Translations under genes and position numbers: made by a program | Assembly (NCBI GenBank): GCA_965242525.1 | Contig: OZ251459.1 | Span: 608,001-672,000 of the forward strand | DNA length: 64,000 bases | Direction of reading: 5' to 3' | Source of the DNA: an uncultured Candidatus Binatia bacterium | Lineage (GTDB): Bacteria > Desulfobacterota > Binatia > UBA9968 > JAJDTQ01 | The notes under the pieces: model-generated | Database searches by the model: none | The model's input: the letters and a program-made list of their open reading frames with translations, nothing else | Told to the model about the DNA's origin: nothing | In this document: one piece after another, positions 16,063 to 24,011 of the stretch | How positions within the stretch are numbered: the first letter of the stretch is position 1 | How the letters are laid out: each line of letters begins with the position of its first letter

Positions 16063-18087
16063 CTACCGGTTGCCCCGCAGCCGGAGGTTCCCGTGCGTAT
16101 CCACGGACAGGTCGAAGGAGGGGTACGCCACCGTGGTGGAGCCGTACTCCTCGACCACCGCGGGTCCCGGGATACGGCAGCCGGGGCCGAGGTCCCCGCG
16201 CCGATAGACGGGCGTGGGGTCCGGGGAGGTGCGTCCCGGGAACAGCACGGAGCGGCGGCTCCGGGGGCGCGCCGGGCCGGTTCCCGCGGGGGCCGCGGCA
16301 AGGCGCATCCCGGGCAGGCGGCCGATGCAGCGCACTCGGTAGTTGACGACCTCGATGGGCTCGTCTTCCGCGGTGTGGCCGAAGAGGCGCCCGTGGACCC
16401 GGTGGAAGACCTCGGTGAGCCGTTCCTTGCGGGTGTCCTCCGCGGGCACGGTGACCTCGTAGGACTGCCCCGGGTAGCGCATGTCCAGGAAGTGTTCGGC
16501 GTCCATGCGCTCCGGGGCCACTCCCTGCTCCCGGAGCTCCCGGAACCCCCGCTCCCGCAGTTCGTCCAGGACCTGGCGGATCCCGTCCGGGGACGAGTCG
16601 TCCAGCCGGCGGATCCGCGTCACCGAGTGGTTGCGCACCAAGTCGGTCAAGAGCATCCCCGCGGCGCAGAAGTTGCCCGGATGCTGGGGAATGCACACCT
16701 CCGGGATCTCCAACTCCTGCGCGACCGGGCAGGCCACCGTGGGGCCGGCGCCGCCGTACGCCACCAGGATGAAGTCCCTGGGGTCGTACCCCTTCTCGAT
16801 GGTGGCCGAGCGCATGGACATGGCCACCTGCGCGGCGAGCACCTGGACGATGCCCGAGGCGGCCCGCTCCGGCGTCATTCCCAGGGGGCGCGCCACCGCG
16901 GCGTCGATGGCCCCCCGGGCCGCGCCCGCGTCGATGGGCATGGCGCCGTCCAGCAGCGCGTGGGGGTTCAGGTGGCCGAGGGCCACCAGCGCGTCCGTGA
17001 GGGTCGGTCGGTCCCCGACGCCGTAGCAGGCGGGTCCGGGCGCGGCGCCCGCGCTCTCGGGTCCCACCTTGAGGATGCGGCCCGACTCCACCCGGGCGAT
17101 GCTGCCGCCGCCGCTTCCGATGGTCTCCATGGCCACGGTGGACGCGCGCACCGTATAGCCCGCCACCTTGCTCTGGGGCGCGGTCAGGAGCTCCCCGGGG
17201 ATCACCGACACGTCGCAACTGGTGCCGCCCACGTCCAGGGAGATGGCGTTGCCGCGGCCGATCTCCCGGCACAGCCGCTGCGTCCCCACCACCCCGGCCA
17301 CCGGTCCCGACAACAGGGTCCGCACCGGCGCCCGGGCCACCGCGGCCGGCGCGGCCACGCCGCCGTTGGACTGCATGACCAGGACCCGGGCCCCCGGCAG
17401 GGCGTCTTCGACCACCGCTTCGATGGCGCCCATGTAGCCGCTCACCCGCGGCCCGATGAACGCGTTGACCACCGCGGTGCTGGTGCGCTCGAACTCCCGG
17501 AACTGGGGGTCCACCTCCGAGGACAGGGTCACGTACACGTCCGGGTCCAGCTCCTCAATGATCTCCCGGACCTGCCGTTCGTGGTCCGGGTTGGCGAAGG
17601 AGAAGAGCAGGCTCACCGCCACCGAGCGCACCCCGGCGTCCAGGAGCTGCCGTACGCCCAGGCGGGCCTGCTCCACGTCGAGGGGCAGGACCTCCCGCCC
17701 TTGGGAGTCCACCCGCTCCCGCACCGTACGGATCAGGCGCCGGGGCGCGAGCTGCCGCGGCCGCTCGAAGAACAGGTCGTACACCCGGTCGCCGCGCCAT
17801 TGGCGGTCGAGCTCCAGGACGTCGCGGAAGCCTTCGGTGACCAGCAGGCCCGGGGCCGGTTCGCGTCCCTCCAGCAGGGTGTTCAGCCCGATGGTGGCGC
17901 CGTGGAGCACGTAGCGGGCCTTTGCCGACAGCCGGGCGGTGACTTCGCGAAGCCCCTGAGCGATGGCCTCCGCGGGGTCCTGCGGCCGTGACGGCACCTT
18001 GCAGGCGAGGCAGACCCGGCCGTCGTCCTCGTCGAACACGGTGAGGTCGGTGAACGTGCCGCCGGTGTCAATGCCGATGCGCAGCAC
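16063..18087 (-). CDS. Hydantoinase/oxoprolinase A subunit (HyuA-like)
   Basis: IGIDTGGTFTD; REFERTSTAVVNA; LLSGP; DVGGTSCD; VGPESAGAAPGPACY. Confidence 0.93.
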   Translation of the reverse strand: MLRIGIDTGGTFTDLTVFDEDDGRVCLACKVPSRPQDPAEAIAQGLREVTARLSAKARYVLHGATIGLNTLLEGREPAPGLLVTEGFRDVLELDRQWRGDRVYDLFFERPRQLAPRRLIRTVRERVDSQGREVLPLDVEQARLGVRQLLDAGVRSVAVSLLFSFANPDHERQVREIIEELDPDVYVTLSSEVDPQFREFERTSTAVVNAFIGPRVSGYMGAIEAVVEDALPGARVLVMQSNGGVAAPAAVARAPVRTLLSGPVAGVVGTQRLCREIGRGNAISLDVGGTSCDVSVIPGELLTAPQSKVAGYTVRASTVAMETIGSGGGSIARVESGRILKVGPESAGAAPGPACYGVGDRPTLTDALVALGHLNPHALLDGAMPIDAGAARGAIDAAVARPLGMTPERAASGIVQVLAAQVAMSMRSATIEKGYDPRDFILVAYGGAGPTVACPVAQELEIPEVCIPQHPGNFCAAGMLLTDLVRNHSVTRIRRLDDSSPDGIRQVLDELRERGFRELREQGVAPERMDAEHFLDMRYPGQSYEVTVPAEDTRKERLTEVFHRVHGRLFGHTAEDEPIEVVNYRVRCIGRLPGMRLAAAPAGTGPARPRSRRSVLFPGRTSPDPTPVYRRGDLGPGCRIPGPAVVEEYGSTTVAYPSFDLSVDTHGNLRLRGNR

Positions 18088-19873
18088 GGGCGCCCGTTTC
18101 CTTGCGCTGCCGGCGGGTGGCCGCGGCGTCCACCGTGAGGGTGCGGGGGTCGATGACCACGCCGTAGAGGTCCCGGGCCGCGGCCGGCGACACGTAGCCG
18201 TTGCGCACGTCGTCGAGCACCCGCTCCGGCTCCCGCGTGAGCGGGTCGCCCCATCCGCCCCCGCCGCCGAGCTCCAGCAGCACGGTGTCGCCCCGGGACA
18301 GCCGGACGTTGGCGGCCTTGGAATGCAGGGGCCGTTCGCCCGCGGCCCCGGGGTTGAGGGTGCAGCGGGCCAGGGCGCTGGGACGGGCCCCGAACAGGCC
18401 CGGGGAGGAGTGCTTGAAGCGGTCGAGGCGCAGGTTGAGGGTGACGTCGTCGGCCAACACCTCCCAGCCCCGCCGGATTCCCAGGCCGCCCCGGCGCCTG
18501 CCCGCGCCGGCCGAGTCCGGGTTCACCTCGAAACACTTCATGCGCACCGGGAACTCGTTCTCCAGGGCCTCCACCGGCGTGCTCATGACGTTGCTGATGT
18601 CCGCGGCGCAGCCGCTGACGCCGTCCTCGTCGGGGCGCGCCCCGTACCCGCCCCACAGGATCTCGTACTGCGAGTAGCGGCGCTGGCTGCCGGGGGCGCG
18701 GCCGTTGAAGGACACGGCCCCGCCCGAGCCGCTCTGGGGCGCGGCCACCCGGTCCGGCACGGCCTGGGCGAGGGCCGTCATGATGACCGGCGCGAGGCGG
18801 TGGCAGGTGGTGGCGTACATGTTCACCGGCGCCGGGAACTCGGGGTTCAGCAGGTGTCCGGGGGCGGGCAGGGTGATGCGGACGGGCGCCGAGCACCCCT
18901 GGTTCTTGGGCAGGTCGGGGCCGAGGGCGGCCTGCACGCAGTACTCCGCCACCGCCCGGACCACGCAGGGCCGGAGGTTCAGCGGCCCCCGGGACTGCCG
19001 GGCCGACGCGAACGCGAACTCCAGTTCGTCGCCCCGGACGTGCAGGGTCACGGTGACCGCCAGGGGCTCGTCCAGTTCCACTCCGTCGTCGTCGATGTAA
19101 TCGGTGACCGGGCCGTACGCGCCCGGGGGCAGGGCGGCGATGCGGGAACGGAGCTCCCTCTCGGTGATGGCGATTCGCTCCTCCCAGCAGGCCAGCACGT
19201 CGTCCACGCCGAAACGCCGGAAGAGCGCCGCCAGGCGCTCGATGCCGTGGAGGTTCGCCTGGACCTGGGCGCGGATGTCGCCCCAGGTGACCTCGGGGGT
19301 GCGGGTGTTGGCGCAGATCAGTTGCTTCAGGCCTTCGTCGAGGACGCCGCCCCGGTAGAGCTTCAGGGGCGGGATCAGCAGGCCTTCCTGGAACACCTCT
19401 GTGGCGTCGCCCGCGTTGGTGCCCGGCGCCTTGCCCCCGATGTCGGGCTTGTGCGCGGTGTTGCCCACGAAGGCCGCCACGCGGCCCTCATGGAACACCG
19501 GGGCGATCAGGGTGACGTCGCTGGGATGGTTCTGGCAATAGCGGTAGGGGTGGTTGAGGATGAAGGCGTCCCCTTCGCCGATGTCGTCCGCGAAGTCCCG
19601 GAGTATCCCGCGGAGTTGGGCTCCCACCACCCCCAGCCCCACCGGGTTGGGAGAGTACTGGCCCACGTTGCGTCCTTCGCGGTCGCAGATGCTCAGCGCG
19701 AGGTCCTGGCTCTCCTTGACGATGGAGGAGTAGCCGTTGCGCATGAGCTTCTGCGTGAGCTCGAAGGCGATCTGGTTGGTGGCGTTGTAGATGACCTCCA
19801 ACTCGATGGCGTCCATCCGGTTCGACCGCCCGACGGTCGGCCCTCCCGTCCCCGTCGTTCCCGTTCCGTCCAC
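18068..19873 (-). CDS. Hydantoinase B/oxoprolinase subunit (HyuB-like)
   Basis: NHPY..HPSD; AHKPDIGG; FQEGL; GGGGGWGDP; start is GTG 19873 or ATG 19816. Confidence 0.92.
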   Translation of the reverse strand: MDGTGTTGTGGPTVGRSNRMDAIELEVIYNATNQIAFELTQKLMRNGYSSIVKESQDLALSICDREGRNVGQYSPNPVGLGVVGAQLRGILRDFADDIGEGDAFILNHPYRYCQNHPSDVTLIAPVFHEGRVAAFVGNTAHKPDIGGKAPGTNAGDATEVFQEGLLIPPLKLYRGGVLDEGLKQLICANTRTPEVTWGDIRAQVQANLHGIERLAALFRRFGVDDVLACWEERIAITERELRSRIAALPPGAYGPVTDYIDDDGVELDEPLAVTVTLHVRGDELEFAFASARQSRGPLNLRPCVVRAVAEYCVQAALGPDLPKNQGCSAPVRITLPAPGHLLNPEFPAPVNMYATTCHRLAPVIMTALAQAVPDRVAAPQSGSGGAVSFNGRAPGSQRRYSQYEILWGGYGARPDEDGVSGCAADISNVMSTPVEALENEFPVRMKCFEVNPDSAGAGRRRGGLGIRRGWEVLADDVTLNLRLDRFKHSSPGLFGARPSALARCTLNPGAAGERPLHSKAANVRLSRGDTVLLELGGGGGWGDPLTREPERVLDDVRNGYVSPAAARDLYGVVIDPRTLTVDAAATRRQRKETGARAAHRH

Positions 19874-19961
19874 GCGCTTCCGTCCGCCTCCTTCCGCCCG
19901 CTCGTTTCCGGCTTGCAACGGCTTCCCACAGTATGCAATCCTGAAACCCCTTGTCAACGTC

Positions 19962-20076
19962 GGGAACGTCTGGTCCGTTCCGGCCCGGTTGTGGGAAAGG
20001 GCGTCCTTCGACTTCGCTTCGCTACGCTCAGGACGAACGGGGGGACTTCGCTTCGCTACGCTCGGGACGAACGGGG
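19962..20076 (-). repeat. MITE-like element with two REP-A units
   Basis: GGGAACGTCTG end; reverse-complement REP-A from 20002. Confidence 0.8.
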
Positions 20077-20099
20077 ACGAGGGAGGGACAGGAGGGGGT

Positions 20100-20315
20100 A
20101 TGAAGTACCGGACTCTCACCGCCATCGGCCTGGGGGCGGCCGTCCTCGTGGGGTTGGCGGCCCGGGAGCTGGTTTACGCCCTGTTTGCGCGGGGCGCCAT
20201 GACCGACTTCGTGGCCACCGTCGTCTTCCTGGGCGGGTTCGTCGGCGGGCTGCTGGGCTTCGTGGGTTTCTTCCGGGTGAGAGAGGGCAAGCCCTTCCTG
20301 GGCCGGCCCTTCTGA
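20100..20315 (+). CDS. Small 2-TM hypothetical membrane protein (71 aa)
   Basis: GGAGG RBS; two hydrophobic helices; lies just upstream of the CoA-transferase. Confidence 0.55.
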   Translation: MKYRTLTAIGLGAAVLVGLAARELVYALFARGAMTDFVATVVFLGGFVGGLLGFVGFFRVREGKPFLGRPF

Positions 20316-20336
20316 CGCGGGTTGGGAAGGGGGAAC

Positions 20337-21503
20337 GTGGTCGGCGCACTGGACGGCACGGTGGCCATCGACGCCAGCGGACACGTGGCCGGTCCCTACG
20401 CGGGCAGCCTGCTGGGCGACCTGGGCTGCGAGGTCGTCAAGGTGGAGCCCCCGCGGACCGGCGACCCGGCCCGGGGCCGGGAAGGCTACGGCCCGGTCTT
20501 CCGGGTCCTCAACCGGAACAAGAAGAGCGTGACCCTCAACCTGCGCGACCCCGAAGCGCGGCGGATACTCCGCCGGATGCTGGAGCCCGCGGACGTCCTG
20601 ATCGAGAGCTTCCGGCCGGGGACGCGCAGGGCGTTGGGTCTCGACTACGATGAGACGAGCAGGGTCAACCCCGGGCTGGTCCATTGCTCGGTCACCGCGT
20701 TCGGCCAAGGCGGACCTTACGAGGACCGGCCGGGCTTCGAGTCCGTCGGGCAGGCGGTGAGCGGGATGCTGAGCCTGCTCACGGACCTGGAGGCCCCGCG
20801 CATGGGGGGCCTGTCCATCGCCGCCCACGCCACAGGGGTGTTCGCGGCCTACGGCATACTGGCGGCCCTGGCGGCGCGGAGCAAGACCGGTCGGGGACAG
20901 TTCGTGGACGCGTCCCTCTTGCAGGCGAGCCTGGGCTTCATGGAGTCGCACTTGGCCGAGTTCCTGAACGGCGGCGACCCGGTGACCCCGAAGAACTTCC
21001 AGCGGGGGCGCCTGTTCTGCCTGTCGGCCGGGGACGGGCTTCCGTTGCTGGTGCACCTTGCGGCGCACTCCAGGTCCTGGGAGGCGCTGGCCCGCGTCAT
21101 CGGGCGGGAGGACCTGCTTCGGGACCCGCGCTTCGCCTCCCTGGAGGACCGTGCCGCCAACCACGAGGAGCTGGCCGCGGAGCTGCGCCGGGAGTTCGCC
21201 GCGGCGCCCCGCGCCGTGTGGCTGGAACGGCTCGGCGAGGCGGACGTGAGCCACGCGCCCATCCACGCCCCCGAGGAGGTCTTCCGGGACCCCCAGGTCC
21301 GGCATCTGGGGCTGCCCCGGGAGATCCGCCATCCCGAGCGCGGCGCCACCCGGCTCATCGGCAGCAGCGTGAACCTGTCGGCCACGCCCCCCCGGTTCGT
21401 GCGCCCGGCGCCGCTGGCGGGCGAACACACCGGCGAGGTGCTGCGGGAGTTGGGCTACGACCACGAGGCCGTCCGCGCCCTGCGCGAGCGCGGCGCGGTG
21501 TGA
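20337..21503 (+). CDS. Family III CoA-transferase (CaiB/BaiF)
   Basis: AGPY..LGDLGCEVVKVEPP; NRNKKSVTLNL; GRGQFVDASL; APLAGEHT. Confidence 0.92.
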   Translation: MVGALDGTVAIDASGHVAGPYAGSLLGDLGCEVVKVEPPRTGDPARGREGYGPVFRVLNRNKKSVTLNLRDPEARRILRRMLEPADVLIESFRPGTRRALGLDYDETSRVNPGLVHCSVTAFGQGGPYEDRPGFESVGQAVSGMLSLLTDLEAPRMGGLSIAAHATGVFAAYGILAALAARSKTGRGQFVDASLLQASLGFMESHLAEFLNGGDPVTPKNFQRGRLFCLSAGDGLPLLVHLAAHSRSWEALARVIGREDLLRDPRFASLEDRAANHEELAAELRREFAAAPRAVWLERLGEADVSHAPIHAPEEVFRDPQVRHLGLPREIRHPERGATRLIGSSVNLSATPPRFVRPAPLAGEHTGEVLRELGYDHEAVRALRERGAV

Positions 21504-21524
21504 GCGGGTTCCCGCCATGAAGAA

Positions 21525-21636
21525 GAACCTCTGGACAATTGCCCCCGTTCATCTTGAGCGAAGCGAAGTCGAAGGAAGCGTAGCGAAGTGAAATCCCCCG
21601 TTCGTCCTGAGCGTAGCGAAGCGAAGTCGAAGGACG
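21525..21636 (+). repeat. MITE-like element with tandem REP-A units
   Basis: GAACCTCTGGACAATT left end; full REP-A ending at 21636. Confidence 0.8.
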
Positions 21637-21653
21637 TGTTTTTCCGCACGGAG

Positions 21654-22208
21654 ATGGAGTTCGAGACGGAATCGTCCAGGGTTTCCCTCATCGACGGCGT
21701 CCACCGGAGCCCGTCCATGGCGGTGCTCGTGGTGACGGGGGGCGGCTCCCGGGCCGTGGCCGACCTGTTGACCGTGCCCGGAGCGTCGCGTACCGTGCTG
21801 GAAGCCTGGGCGCCCTACGGGGAGCGGTCGCTGACCGAGTTCCTCGGGACGGCGCCGCGGCAGGCGGTGTCGGTGGAGACCGCGTCCGCCATGGCGCGGA
21901 AGGCATGCGAGAGGGCGGTCCGTCTGCGGCCCCGGGCCGACGCGCCGGTCATGGGGGTCGCCTGCACCGCGGCGCTGGCGACGGACCGGCCCCGGCGGGG
22001 GGACCACCGGGCGCACGTGGCCGTGTGCGCGGACGAGACGGTGACGACCTACTCGGTCACGTTGGAAAAGGGCGTGCGGAGCCGGGAGGCGGAGGAGCGC
22101 GCGGTGGCCGACCTGGTCCTGTTCGCGGTGGGGCGCGCCTGCGGAGTGGAGTCCCTCGCGTGCGATGCCCTCCTGCCGCGGGAGCAAGTACGGATGCAGG
22201 CTATCTGA
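21654..22208 (+). CDS. CinA C-terminal-like protein (possibly truncated)
   Basis: VTGGGS; VPGASRTVLEA; AVSVETASAMA; ALATDRPRRGDHR; bracketed by repeats. Confidence 0.7.
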   Translation: MEFETESSRVSLIDGVHRSPSMAVLVVTGGGSRAVADLLTVPGASRTVLEAWAPYGERSLTEFLGTAPRQAVSVETASAMARKACERAVRLRPRADAPVMGVACTAALATDRPRRGDHRAHVAVCADETVTTYSVTLEKGVRSREAEERAVADLVLFAVGRACGVESLACDALLPREQVRMQAI

Positions 22209-22239
22209 AGGCCGGTGGGTGCAACCCGGACGCGGCCTG

Positions 22240-22388
22240 GGAACTCTTTCCATGGGAAAGAGCGTCCTTCGACTTCGCTACGCTACGCTCAGGACGAACG
22301 GGGGACTTCGCTACGCTACGCTCGGGACGAACGGGGGACTTCGCTGCGCTACGCTCAGAATGAACGGAGAGCGTTGTTCAGGGTTTCC
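22240..22388 (-). repeat. MITE-like element with three REP-A units
   Basis: GGAACTCT..TTGTTCAGGGTTTCC ends; three CTACGCTC(A/G)G units. Confidence 0.8.
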
Positions 22389-22458
22389 TTTGCGGATTTC
22401 CCAACCGTTCGGGACCCGGGACGCGGGGGAACCGATGGCCGGTTCCATTTCGATGGAA

Positions 22459-22606
22459 GGAACCTCTGGACGGTCGAGGCGCCCGGGATGGCTTCCCCCA
22501 CCCCGACCATCCTGTCTCCGTTCGTCCTGAGCGTAGCGAAGCGGAGTCGAAGGGCGCGCTTTCCCACAGGGGGATGGGGTTCGAGCCGGAATCGTTCAGA
22601 GTTTCC
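22459..22606 (+). repeat. GGAA-ended MITE with REP-A core
   Basis: GGAACCTCTGGAC..ATCGTTCAGAGTTTCC. Confidence 0.8.
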
Positions 22607-22630
22607 CATAGGTTCCCGAAGGAGGTTCGT

Positions 22631-23470
22631 ATGTTTCGAGAATGCGAAGTTACCGTAGATGGTCTCAGGATCCGTTACCTGGAGGAGGGGGAGAGTTCCG
22701 GCGAGCCGGTCATCATGCTGCACGGAGCTTCCCTGGGCTCGTCCGCGGACGTGTTCGACGCCAACCTGCGCGCGGTCGCGGAGGCCGGGTTCCGGGCGCT
22801 GGCCTACGACCAGCCCGGGTTCGGGATGTCGGACGACCCCCCGGACTACACGCTGGCCTACCGGACTGCTTTCCTGCCGCGGTTCATGAGCGCGGTGGGC
22901 GCCGAGCAGGCCACGCTCGTCGGCCACTCCCAGGCCGGCGGCATCGTGGTCCGGACCGCCCTGGACCACCCCGAGCGGGTGATCAAGGTGGTGGTGGTGT
23001 GCAGCGGCAGCCTGCTGCAGGGCATTCCGGGCTTCCCGGAGCCGGCTCCCGCCCCGGCGCCCAGTGACTTGCCTCCCACCCGGGAGGACGTCCGCAGGAT
23101 CCTGGAGTCCAACCTGCACCGCAGGGACATGATCACCGCGATGGTCGTGCAGAAGCGCTACGAGATGAGCGTGGGAAAGAACGTGGAGGCGTTCCGGAAG
23201 CGGTACCGGGCGGTGGAGCCCGAGAGCACCGGCCCCCGCCTGTGGGAGCGGCTTCCGGAGGTGCGCGCGCCGTTGCTGCTGATCTACGGCGGAAAGGACC
23301 GCAACCAGGCGGCCGAGAGGAGCGAGGCCCTGAAGGAACGGATGCCGGATCTCCGGCTCCAGATCATCGACAGGGCGGGCCACCTGCTCATGTGGGACGC
23401 GTTCGATACCTATGACACCCTGGTCGTGGAGTTCCTGAAGGGAACCCTGGACGACCTGCTCCGTTCCTGA
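22631..23470 (+). CDS. Alpha/beta fold hydrolase
   Basis: GGAGG RBS; MLHG; DQPGFG; nucleophile GHSQAG; AGHL. Confidence 0.92.
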   Translation: MFRECEVTVDGLRIRYLEEGESSGEPVIMLHGASLGSSADVFDANLRAVAEAGFRALAYDQPGFGMSDDPPDYTLAYRTAFLPRFMSAVGAEQATLVGHSQAGGIVVRTALDHPERVIKVVVVCSGSLLQGIPGFPEPAPAPAPSDLPPTREDVRRILESNLHRRDMITAMVVQKRYEMSVGKNVEAFRKRYRAVEPESTGPRLWERLPEVRAPLLLIYGGKDRNQAAERSEALKERMPDLRLQIIDRAGHLLMWDAFDTYDTLVVEFLKGTLDDLLRS

Positions 23471-23487
23471 GCCAAGCGGAGCGGAGT

Positions 23488-23990
23488 CCCCCGTTCGTCC
23501 CGAGCGTAGCGAAGCGGAGTCTCCCGTTCATCCTGAGCGTAGCGGAGCGGAGTCTCCCGTTCATCCTGAGCGTAGCGAAGCGGAGTCGAAGGACGCGGCC
23601 ATGCCCCTGTCCCGATTGTTCAGATGTTCCGCAAGTGGATTCCCGCGGACGCCCCGCCCTCGTCATTCCCGCGAAAGCGGGAATCCATCCCTTCTCATGA
23701 AAACTTCCATGTTGCCATCCTTCCACCCAAAAAACCCATGGCGCCCTGTATGTCGGAGAGGAAAGGCGGTCAGGGACTGGAATCGGGCATGGAAGGTTGA
23801 GTCGATCGGGAAGAGGGTTGAGAAGATCGATGCAAGTGGATTCCCGCTTTCGCGGGAATGACGAGGGTGGGGCCTTTGCGGGAATGATGGGGGTACGGCG
23901 TCTGCGGGAATGCGGGGGCGGGCCTTCGCGGAGATGACAGATGTACGGCGTCTGCGGGGATGACGAGGACGGGCCTTCGCGGAGATGCCG
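23488..23990. repeat. Repeat cluster: triple REP-A, MITE right end, dRS3-like pair, half-site array
   Basis: CGATTGTTCAGATGTTCC ends at 23630; GTCATTCCCGCGAAAGCGGGAATCCA at 23662; inverted copy at 23837; GCGG(G/A)(A/G)ATG units follow. Confidence 0.85.
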
Positions 23991-24011
23991 GGCGGCTGCG
24001 ACGGCCCGCGC

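Noticed and set aside
22206-22238. UGA followed by a hairpin (AGGCCG..CGGCCT) as a possible Sec codon with SECIS
   Set aside because: Read-through enters MITE/REP sequence at once, and no redox motif surrounds the codon
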